Source: Bdellovibrionales bacterium | GTDB taxonomy: Bacteria; Bdellovibrionota; UBA1018; CAIMNF01 | Length of the DNA: 64,000 bases | NCBI GenBank assembly: GCA_018266375.1 | Contig: JAFEAO010000001.1 | Location: 6,800 to 70,799, forward strand | Reading direction: 5' to 3' | Part shown: positions 47,691 through 55,494 of the stretch, piece after piece | How positions within the stretch are numbered: the first letter of the stretch is position 1 | How the letters are laid out: every line of letters starts with the position of its first letter | Notes under the pieces: generated by a model | Told to the model about the DNA's origin: nothing | The model's database searches: none | Seen by the model: the letters and a program-made list of their open reading frames with translations, nothing else | Program-made: the position numbers and the translations under genes

Positions 47691-48151
47691 AGACGTCGGA
47701 ACGCTACTACCTATTCAAAGGCGGCCAACTCTTCGGGCCGATCGTGCAGGAGAAACTTGAAACCCTGCGTAAAACCGGAGAGATCCTCCGTTACTCGTGG
47801 ATCATGAATGAGTCGGATCAGAGCTGGGAACCGGTCGATACCAAACCTAAAGAAAACCCATTTACGGCGACGAAGACGACTTTAAAGTCCCGCGACTTCT
47901 CTGGCGCGTTCATTTTCGCCAAGAATCCCTATTTGGGTGAAGTTAAAGGAATACACTCTTTCGGTGTAGAACTTTTTATCGACGGTCATAAAATCGCCGG
48001 CCTTCAGCCCAATACCGTGTTACAATTGAACCTAGCAGACGAGACTCACGATCAGGCCATCAATACCGAGGTGGTCTTTCAACAAGCTGAAGAGCAGGCC
48101 AATGGAGTACTATTGCGCTTCGGCTGGGTCCAGGGTCCCGCGCAGCTGTAA
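47687..48151 (+). CDS. Cytoplasmic GYF-like (DUF4339-type) domain protein with a beta-rich C-terminal half (154 aa)
   Basis: YYLFKGGQLFGPIVQEKLETLRKTGEILRYSWIMNESDQSWEPV fits the DUF4339/GYF-like pattern (WYY..NGQ.GP...EL..L...G.I...TLVW..G...W.P). The C-terminal ~80 aa are beta-strand-like, possibly PilZ-like. Confidence 0.45.
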   Translation: MKTSERYYLFKGGQLFGPIVQEKLETLRKTGEILRYSWIMNESDQSWEPVDTKPKENPFTATKTTLKSRDFSGAFIFAKNPYLGEVKGIHSFGVELFIDGHKIAGLQPNTVLQLNLADETHDQAINTEVVFQQAEEQANGVLLRFGWVQGPAQL

Positions 48152-48181
48152 TTATTAACGAACCAAAGTAGGAGGTTGACC

Positions 48182-49009
48182 ATGAAGGTCCATCGCATTG
48201 CTTTACTGCCCGTCTCAATCCTAGTTTTAATGCTCTGTCAAAACGCATTCGGCGCGGACAAGAAAAAGAAAGTTGCAGCACCCGCTCCCGTAGCAGCCGC
48301 AACCGCTCCGACCAGGGATGCAGCCGCCGCTGCCGCAGCTAACGAAAAAGCCGCGGAAGAAGGCGAAAGCGTCGACGTCAGCAAGATCACCGAAAAATAC
48401 TGGGCCCAAGGCAAAGAGACCGAGCTCGGCGTAGTTCAAAACCGCAAGTACACGAGCGCAGGTCGTTTCGAACTCGAGGGTTTTTTCGGTACGATCTCGA
48501 GCGACCCGATGTTGACCGTGCACCACTTCGGTGGGTCGCTCGGTTATCACTTCGATCAATATTTTAGTTTGCATGCGATCGCATGGCGCTCGATCGCGAA
48601 AGGTTCGGACGCATTGGCCGCATTCGATGCGCTGAACTCAGGCACGAACGCGAACACCAACCTTCCGTCGGGATTCTACGGCTTACAGGCCAATTACAAC
48701 ATCCTCTACGGCAAGGCGTCTCTCGTCGGTAAGGCGATTATCTACGTCGATATCTTCGTGCTCGGCGGCTTGGGCATCACCGGAACCGAAACCGGGAACT
48801 ACTTCACTCCGTTCCTCGGCCTCGGACAGAAAATTCACTTGAACAAGTACATGGCGCTCTCGCTCGACTACCGAGTCATGCGCTACAACGAGACCATCAA
48901 GTACAAAAGTCCGGGAACGCTTCCTGTAACCCACTCGGTGGGTGACGTCGCGGGCGATCGTGCGAATACGACCGACGTCGTGACCTTGGGCATAAGTTTC
49001 TTTTACTAA
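48182..49009 (+). CDS. Outer-membrane beta-barrel protein (276 aa), last gene of the operon
   Basis: Perfect RBS AGGAGG 6 nt upstream, signal peptide MKVHRIALLPVSILVLMLCQNAFG, Ala-rich linker, beta-barrel pattern and a C-terminal ...LGISFFY terminus. Confidence 0.6.
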   Translation: MKVHRIALLPVSILVLMLCQNAFGADKKKKVAAPAPVAAATAPTRDAAAAAAANEKAAEEGESVDVSKITEKYWAQGKETELGVVQNRKYTSAGRFELEGFFGTISSDPMLTVHHFGGSLGYHFDQYFSLHAIAWRSIAKGSDALAAFDALNSGTNANTNLPSGFYGLQANYNILYGKASLVGKAIIYVDIFVLGGLGITGTETGNYFTPFLGLGQKIHLNKYMALSLDYRVMRYNETIKYKSPGTLPVTHSVGDVAGDRANTTDVVTLGISFFY

Positions 49010-49076
49010 GGAGCCTGCAGACCCAGCGTTTTTTACTTGTAGACGATGAAGTTAACGTCGCACCGACGGGCGCGAA

Positions 49077-49820
49077 TCAAGACTTCTTGCTGATGCGGTA
49101 ACCGGCGCCGTAAACGGTTTGGAAATTGCCGTCGAATGCGGAGACTTTTTTACGCAACGAAGTGACGTGCGCATCGATCAAACGGTCGTTTTTATTTTGG
49201 TCTCCCCAGACGACGTCCATGATATCTTTACGGGAAACCACGGTACCCGCTCTCGCCATCAAAAGTTGGAGAATGCCGAACTCGCTCGGACTCAAGTCGA
49301 TCGCGCGGCCGTCGACATTGACTTCGCGGCTCTGCACGTTGAGCGTGAGATTACCCAAGATCAGTACCATCTCGGAAACTTTGCCGAGCTCGCGTGCGCG
49401 CTTCAATTTTGATCGCAAACGAGTGAGGAGCTCTTCGATTTCGAAAGGTTTGGAAATAAAATCATCGGCACCGCTGTTGAAAGCACGGATACGTTCAAAA
49501 CTGGTGTTTGCCGCGGTCAACATCAATACAGGAATGTGTTTTGTTTCCGGCATTTGCCTCAACTGATCGCAAGCGGCGACGCCGTCGAGTTTCGGCATCA
49601 TGATGTCCATGAGAATGAGATCCGGACGAATTTTTTTTGCGAGTTCGACGGCTTCGCGTCCGGTGGATCCCAGCGTCACTTGAAAGTGATCGGTAAGAAA
49701 TTCTTTCAAAAGCACACGAATTTGCGGCTCATCGTCGATTACGAGAAGCTTCGGCAAATTAGATGACCTTTGTGTATTTGGTGCTGCTGTATTCACGATT
49801 TCGTTCATGAACTCTCTCAT
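49077..49820 (-). CDS. OmpR/PhoB-family response regulator (receiver + winged-helix) with no adjacent histidine kinase
   Basis: ...KLLVIDDEPQIR...DLILMDIMMPKLDG... receiver domain. ...LTLNVQSREVNVDGRAIDLSPSEFGILQLLM...GAGYRI trans_reg_C domain. Confidence 0.8.
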   Translation of the reverse strand: MREFMNEIVNTAAPNTQRSSNLPKLLVIDDEPQIRVLLKEFLTDHFQVTLGSTGREAVELAKKIRPDLILMDIMMPKLDGVAACDQLRQMPETKHIPVLMLTAANTSFERIRAFNSGADDFISKPFEIEELLTRLRSKLKRARELGKVSEMVLILGNLTLNVQSREVNVDGRAIDLSPSEFGILQLLMARAGTVVSRKDIMDVVWGDQNKNDRLIDAHVTSLRKKVSAFDGNFQTVYGAGYRISKKS

Positions 49821-49912
49821 CTAAATTTCTATCGGAAATCGTAACTCAAGACAAGCCCCAAAAGAGCTATTCATCATCTCCAGCTCACCGCCGAACCGAG
49901 ACAAAGTGAAAA

Positions 49913-50311
49913 TTATTTCATACCTGCTTTTTGCCGAATAATCAGGTCGATCTGCTTCTGCGCGGAAGCAGGCGGAGTTTTCTCCACGCCTCGGTCGAAA
50001 TACTTAACGGAGCGCAACTTGGTGTCTTCGCCGTAATACAACCAAAGCCCTTCTTTACGTCCCTCATCAAATTGGCCTTCGAGCGCGATCGTTCCGGTGG
50101 TTTTATAGGCCTGTGTAAACTTGCCGTGGTTGAGCATTTTGTGCCCTGAAAACTCCTTTTGCTCGCAGCGCTTGTCTCCGGTGATCTTCGGATTCCAAGT
50201 GATGTCCCCGCCTTCTGAGCAGGGTTTATGGATCGCGCAACCGCCGATCAGCAGAGTCAAATACAGTGACAATAAAGTGACGTGATGGCCGCGCAAAACG
50301 GTTCGATTCAT
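49913..50311 (-). CDS. Small lipoprotein with MORN/YwqK-like repeats (133 aa)
   Basis: MNRTVLRGHHVTLLSLYLTLLIGGCAI lipobox. HGKFTQAYKTTGTIALEGQFDEGRKEGLWLYYGEDTKLRSVKYF resembles MORN-variant / YwqK-type repeats. Confidence 0.5.
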   Translation of the reverse strand: MNRTVLRGHHVTLLSLYLTLLIGGCAIHKPCSEGGDITWNPKITGDKRCEQKEFSGHKMLNHGKFTQAYKTTGTIALEGQFDEGRKEGLWLYYGEDTKLRSVKYFDRGVEKTPPASAQKQIDLIIRQKAGMK

Positions 50312-50321
50312 AAATATTATA

Positions 50322-52214
50322 TTAGCGCACTTTAAGAGCCTTACGCACGAAATTTGGATCGACGTCAGTGCGGGGTACCGAAAACTCGAACCAACCGCGG
50401 ACATCCTGATCAAGACCGATACCGAGCATGAAATTGTAAACCGCTTTGCGCAATCCCTTGCCCAGGCCGTCATGATCGACACCGGTCGGATCGACAAATT
50501 CTAAATCGTTCTCGGCGAACTCGATATTTTTGTCACGCAAAATCTTAATCCCGTAATCATCGGGCGAGAGCCCCACCGGAGAATGAGCGGTGGCCGAAAA
50601 CCGGTGCCAAAAAGCGGAAGTTAAACATCCGGCTTCGAACAATTGTCTTACGCGTTCCAAACTATCGATGGTTTCCTGCACGGTCTCGGTTGGAACCCCG
50701 TACATCAAATAAGCGTGCACAAGTACGTTCGAATCACGAAAGTTTTTAGTCACTCGCGCCACCTGCTCGACGGTGACGCCTTTTTTCATCATTTTTAAAA
50801 GGCGATCCGATGCGACTTCCAAACCGCCCGACACCGCGACACAGCCAGCGTCACTCATTCTCTCGGTCAGCTCGGCGCTAAAGGTTTTCTCGAAGCGAAT
50901 ATTGCCCCACCAACTGAAACTTAATTTTTGTTCGATCAGCTCTCTCGAAAGCTCTTTCAAAACTGCCGGCGGTGCCGCTTCGTCGACGAAGTGAAACCCG
51001 CTCGAACCGGTTTCATCGCTGAGCTTTTTCATCCGCTCTACCGTGAGTTTGACCGGAGAAATTTCGTATCGCTTGATGTAATCGAGACTCACATCGCAGA
51101 AACTGCACTGATGCCAATAGCAGCCATGCGCGAGCATCAGCTTGTTCCAATAAAGGTCGGACCAATACCGATGCATCGGATTCAGCATCTCGACCATCGA
51201 AAGATAATCGTGAATCCTGAGTCCGTCCGTGGTCGGCAGGCCGGTCTGAAGTTGCGGAATATCGTGCTCGTCCGGGGAATTGCAGTACTCGATGAGGGCC
51301 TTTGATTTTTCGGAAAGCAGGAACGTTCGGAGCAAACTGTCACGTTCGCGCTTTCCGGACCAAAACTCGAGCAAACACTCCAGAGGCCTCTCACCGTCAT
51401 CGAGGGTGATCGCGTCCACGAACTCGAACAACCGCGCATCCTTGAGCTGCCTGAGCTCGGTATTGACGTAGCCTCCACCCATCGCGATTTTCAAACTGCG
51501 ATTTTTCGATGCGGCCCATTCCCGCGCCGAGTTCGCGATCTTCAACGCACCCAGTACGCAACCCGGAAAAGGCACGGTCAATAAAAGGACATCCGGCTGC
51601 ACCTGATCCAAAGTTTCTTGTGTCATCTCCTTGAGCAAGCCGGTTAAAAGTGCAGCTGGGTTTTCTTTCTTAATCTCATCATATAACGCGTCAAACTTTG
51701 CCTGACTGGCCGCTAATTTCTCGCCATAGCGCGATAAAAAGAAGTAAGAATCCACTCCTTCAGTCACAACATCGGTTAAATCATCGATGTAGAGACTCGC
51801 TAAGTGCTTGGCTTGATCCTGCACTCCCATCGATCCGAACGCCCATTGCAAATCTACGGCATCGACGGATTGAAATCTCGGGCCCTCCGGAAGAAGCGTA
51901 CGTGCCGCAATTCGGTGAGCGAGCGCTGGATCCTTGGCCTGGAGGAAGCGAATCGCGGGATCAACGGTTTTTTGATAATCGTCGAAACTTTCGAGGAAGA
52001 ATTCAATACGGTCTGATTTTTGCTCCAACGCCGAAACCGTTTCGCGAACCCGCGCAAGACCAGGCGGCGAAAATAATCGAAGAACGAGTTCCAAACCCAA
52101 GTCGCGCTGCTCGGCGTTGATCCCGCGCGAACGCAAGAAGCCCGTGATGAACGTCGTCGATGGGTACGGCGTGTTCACTTGGACGAGCGGTGGAATGATC
52201 GATAAAACCTTCAT
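50322..52214 (-). CDS. B12-binding-domain radical SAM protein (630 aa) with atypical CX4CX2C cluster motif
   Basis: N-terminal Rossmann-like B12-binding-type region (MKVLSIIPPLVQVNTPYPS...), GCYWHQCSFC in the radical-SAM core position, and a downstream ...SGGLEVASDRLLKMMKKG... (GGE-like SAM-binding) motif. Confidence 0.65.
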   Translation of the reverse strand: MKVLSIIPPLVQVNTPYPSTTFITGFLRSRGINAEQRDLGLELVLRLFSPPGLARVRETVSALEQKSDRIEFFLESFDDYQKTVDPAIRFLQAKDPALAHRIAARTLLPEGPRFQSVDAVDLQWAFGSMGVQDQAKHLASLYIDDLTDVVTEGVDSYFFLSRYGEKLAASQAKFDALYDEIKKENPAALLTGLLKEMTQETLDQVQPDVLLLTVPFPGCVLGALKIANSAREWAASKNRSLKIAMGGGYVNTELRQLKDARLFEFVDAITLDDGERPLECLLEFWSGKRERDSLLRTFLLSEKSKALIEYCNSPDEHDIPQLQTGLPTTDGLRIHDYLSMVEMLNPMHRYWSDLYWNKLMLAHGCYWHQCSFCDVSLDYIKRYEISPVKLTVERMKKLSDETGSSGFHFVDEAAPPAVLKELSRELIEQKLSFSWWGNIRFEKTFSAELTERMSDAGCVAVSGGLEVASDRLLKMMKKGVTVEQVARVTKNFRDSNVLVHAYLMYGVPTETVQETIDSLERVRQLFEAGCLTSAFWHRFSATAHSPVGLSPDDYGIKILRDKNIEFAENDLEFVDPTGVDHDGLGKGLRKAVYNFMLGIGLDQDVRGWFEFSVPRTDVDPNFVRKALKVR

Positions 52215-52228
52215 GCTTCGCCCCTGCC

Positions 52229-53023
52229 TTATTTGCGTTCCATCACGAAATGACTGATTCGGTAGATGCCTTGGCCCTTCGGAGCCGGATGATCGCTGCT
52301 GACGGTGTGAATGAATACGTTCATGGTCTTCGGACTGAACACGCTGGCCATCGCGACCAAATTTTTCGGTTCGTTCTCAAAACTCGCGACAACTTCGCCG
52401 AAGCCCATGATCGTCGCCGCCGCCTTGGACTTAAATTCCAAGTCGTCGATGTGACGCTTTGGCTTGAGAATGAGGCGCGAACGCTCCTGCTCGATCGGAA
52501 ACTCGTGCTGTTTGAGTTGATCGAAGGTACCAAACGACATGAGCGGCACGTCCCGACCGGTAAGATACACGATCTTCGCGCCGCGTTCGTAGAGCTCTTG
52601 CACGAACTTCACGGCGCCGTCGGTCGGTTCGTCGTGAACCATATAGTCGTTGCTGAAAAACCGGTCGCGCCAGAATTTTTTTGCATCCTTGAACGACTCG
52701 GAATGCGGAGCCGTCTCAGGATCGATCTTCTTGGCGTCCCAAACATCTTGAAGCGAATATTTCATGTCGTCGGGCTTCAAAGTCTTTAGCGCTTTTACCG
52801 TATCCGAATATTGCTGAGTCGACGGATGCGTGATCCATTCCTGCAAAATCTCGTAAGAGCGCCGGGAAACATCAAACAAAGTGGAGTCCAGGTCGAACAC
52901 GACGACCGGGAGTTTGCCTTCTTTTTTAACGAGATCAACTCGCCTCAATACTTCACTAAGAACAGCGGCGTCCTTCATGTCCTGGAACTCGGTTCTCTTG
53001 ATCCACTCGTCGCGAATAAACAT
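52229..53023 (-). CDS. HAD-superfamily hydrolase (264 aa)
   Basis: VVFDLDSTLFD motif I (DxDxT) and ...KIVYLTGRD... (motif II/III region). Confidence 0.6.
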   Translation of the reverse strand: MFIRDEWIKRTEFQDMKDAAVLSEVLRRVDLVKKEGKLPVVVFDLDSTLFDVSRRSYEILQEWITHPSTQQYSDTVKALKTLKPDDMKYSLQDVWDAKKIDPETAPHSESFKDAKKFWRDRFFSNDYMVHDEPTDGAVKFVQELYERGAKIVYLTGRDVPLMSFGTFDQLKQHEFPIEQERSRLILKPKRHIDDLEFKSKAAATIMGFGEVVASFENEPKNLVAMASVFSPKTMNVFIHTVSSDHPAPKGQGIYRISHFVMERK

Positions 53024-53040
53024 GACTGCTCTTATAGATC

Positions 53041-54738
53041 CTACCTAAAGCTCTCGACCGGACGATATCTCACTCGCTTCGGAGTCAGAGCCTCGGCGCC
53101 CAAGCGGCGTTTCTTGTCTTCTTCGTAATCCTGGTAGTTACCCTCGAAGAATACGACGTTCGAGTCGCCTTCGAACGCGATGATGTGAGTCGCGATGCGG
53201 TTCAAGAACCAGCGATCGTGCGAGATCACCATCGCGGTACCCGCGAAGTTCGAGAGCGCTTCTTCGAGCGCGCGCAAGGTGTTGACGTCGAGATCGTTGG
53301 TCGGCTCGTCGAGCATGAGGACGTTCGCGCCCGATTTCAAAATCTTTGCCAAATGGAGACGGTTACGCTCCCCACCTGAGAGTACGCCGACCATTTTTTG
53401 CTGGTCCGAACCGCTGAAATTAAAGCGCGCGCAGTAGCTGCGCGAAGGCACTTCGCGGTTACCGACCATCACGACTTCGTTTTTTCCGTCGGAGATTTCT
53501 TCCCACACGGTCCAGTTCGGATTCAACGCATCGCGAGATTGATCAACATACGCAAGCTTCACGGTGTCGCCAGTGCGGATCGTGCCGCTATCCGGTTTTT
53601 CCTGGCCGGTGAGCATGCGGAAGAGCGTGGTTTTGCCCGCGCCGTTCCCGCCGATAATACCGATGATCGCGCCCGCGGGAATTTTAAAGCTCAAGTCCTT
53701 GAAAAGCACTTTGTCGCCGAATGCTTTGGAAATATTATCCGCTTCAAACACCACTTGACCCAGGCGTGGGCCTGCAGGAATGAAAATCTCCATCTCCTCG
53801 TCGCGTTTTGCGGCGTTTTGGTTTTCCGCGAGCATTTGCTCGTAGGCTTGAACGCGCGCTTTTGATTTAGCCTGACGCGCGCGAGGAGACATCGAAATCC
53901 ACTCGAGTTCGCGAGCCAATGTTTTTTGGCGTTTTGATTCTTGCTTCTCTTCTTGCGCGAGGCGCGCTTGTTTTTGCGCAAGCCATGAAGAATAATTGCC
54001 TTCCCAAGGTATCCCATGACCGCGATCGAGTTCCAAGATCCAGCCCGCGATGTTGTCCAAGAAGTAACGATCGTGAGTGACCGCAATGACCGTACCTTCG
54101 TACTTTTGAAGGAACGTCTCCAGCCAACCCACCGATTCCGCGTCCAAATGGTTGGTCGGCTCGTCCAGGAGCAACACGTCCGGACGTTGAATGAGGAGAC
54201 GGCACATCGCCACGCGACGGCGTTCACCACCCGATAAATTTTTAACGTTCGCGTCAGGCGGAGGACAACGAAGCGCTTCCATCGACACTTCAAGCTTACG
54301 ATCGATATCCCAACCGTCCTTGGCTTCGATCCGCTCTTGAACCTTTGCTTGCTCCTCGAGGAGGTCGTTCATTTTATCCGGATCGAGATCCGGATCAGCA
54401 AAGGCAGCTCCGATTTCTTCGAAGCGCTTCAGGTCGCGGCCAAGCTCACCCGTACCTTCCATCACGATCTCGCGTACGGTTTTAGTTGGGTCGAGTTCCG
54501 GCTCTTGCTTCAAGTAACCGAAGGTGATTCCATCTGACGGGAGCACTTCGCCGTTCACGTTTTTTTCTTCGCCCGCGATGATTTTCATCAGCGTTGACTT
54601 ACCCGCTCCGTTCAGACCCAAGATGCCGATCTTCGCGCCGTAAAAAAACGAAAGCGAAATATCCCGAAGCACCTGCTTGTTGGGCGGATATATCTTGGAG
54701 ACGCGACTCATCGAGAACGCAAACTTGGGTTTTGCCAT
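53041..54738 (-). CDS. ettA: ABC-F family ATPase, energy-dependent translational throttle EttA-like
   Basis: MAKPKFAFSMSRVSKIYPPNKQVLRDISLSFFYGAKIGILGLNGAGKSTL closely parallels the EttA N-terminus. Two ABC cassettes (LSGGERRR and LSGGERNR signatures), 565 aa. Confidence 0.85.
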   Translation of the reverse strand: MAKPKFAFSMSRVSKIYPPNKQVLRDISLSFFYGAKIGILGLNGAGKSTLMKIIAGEEKNVNGEVLPSDGITFGYLKQEPELDPTKTVREIVMEGTGELGRDLKRFEEIGAAFADPDLDPDKMNDLLEEQAKVQERIEAKDGWDIDRKLEVSMEALRCPPPDANVKNLSGGERRRVAMCRLLIQRPDVLLLDEPTNHLDAESVGWLETFLQKYEGTVIAVTHDRYFLDNIAGWILELDRGHGIPWEGNYSSWLAQKQARLAQEEKQESKRQKTLARELEWISMSPRARQAKSKARVQAYEQMLAENQNAAKRDEEMEIFIPAGPRLGQVVFEADNISKAFGDKVLFKDLSFKIPAGAIIGIIGGNGAGKTTLFRMLTGQEKPDSGTIRTGDTVKLAYVDQSRDALNPNWTVWEEISDGKNEVVMVGNREVPSRSYCARFNFSGSDQQKMVGVLSGGERNRLHLAKILKSGANVLMLDEPTNDLDVNTLRALEEALSNFAGTAMVISHDRWFLNRIATHIIAFEGDSNVVFFEGNYQDYEEDKKRRLGAEALTPKRVRYRPVESFR

Positions 54739-54768
54739 AATAATTTCCTAGCGGTTGTTCGCTGAGCG

Positions 54769-55494
54769 TTAAATGTACCAAATTAAGCGCACAAGCGCAA
54801 TTTGCGGGAGCGGAAGCTTTGAAATCCGGCCCATCGCGTCCGAAGCGTCCACATAGGGATCCGTCGGATCGGCCGCACTCTGATCCGCATTGACGGTCAC
54901 GTTCCCCCAGGAAATGGGCGAAAGTTGAGCGCCGAGATCGACGCCGATTGAAACATTCTCACTGAGCGGCCACTGTCCACCGACAATCAGGCCAAAAAAC
55001 ACGGTATTGAGACTGAGACCCGCGGAGGATGCAAGCGGCGCCTCCCCGTCCGACTTGTAACTTGAAATGTCGGCATTGAATCCGACATGACGATATCCAA
55101 ATTCAATCCCAATCAAAAACCAATCCGACCAAGGGTGGTAACGAACGCCGACCATGGCCGTCCAATCGTTTAGAATCCGGTTATTGCCGAAACTCAAACG
55201 GAAGTAACCGCCTTCCACAAAAAAGCTGAGATCCGGATCAAATGAAGGAATCGCTTCAAGCCCGACCGACAACGGCTGCGGAACCGTGATCGCAGTGACC
55301 ACGCCCAAGCGATATTGATCGTTACCGATCGAAGTTTTGTACGGAGTCTCGAGCGTGTTTTTGGCCGCCGCGGTCGGAACTTGCTCCTCCGGCACGGACC
55401 TTGGCCGCGGTTGAAGCCCGCGGTCCGATGGCGTGACGTCAGACGCCTGTGCGCATAGACCCGCGAGTAATGCCAGCACCACCCATCCCTTCAT
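54769..55494 (-). CDS. Secreted, probably outer-membrane beta-barrel-like hypothetical protein
   Basis: Signal peptide MKGWVVLALLAGLCAQA and a beta-strand-rich, aromatic-rich body. The start is chosen at the internal ATG. Confidence 0.4.
   Translation of the reverse strand: MKGWVVLALLAGLCAQASDVTPSDRGLQPRPRSVPEEQVPTAAAKNTLETPYKTSIGNDQYRLGVVTAITVPQPLSVGLEAIPSFDPDLSFFVEGGYFRLSFGNNRILNDWTAMVGVRYHPWSDWFLIGIEFGYRHVGFNADISSYKSDGEAPLASSAGLSLNTVFFGLIVGGQWPLSENVSIGVDLGAQLSPISWGNVTVNADQSAADPTDPYVDASDAMGRISKLPLPQIALVRLIWYI

Noticed and set aside
53691-54293. 200-aa same-strand alternate-frame ORF within ettA
   Set aside because: It overlaps the conserved ABC-F ATPase frame, and its product is Arg/Trp-rich with no motifs.
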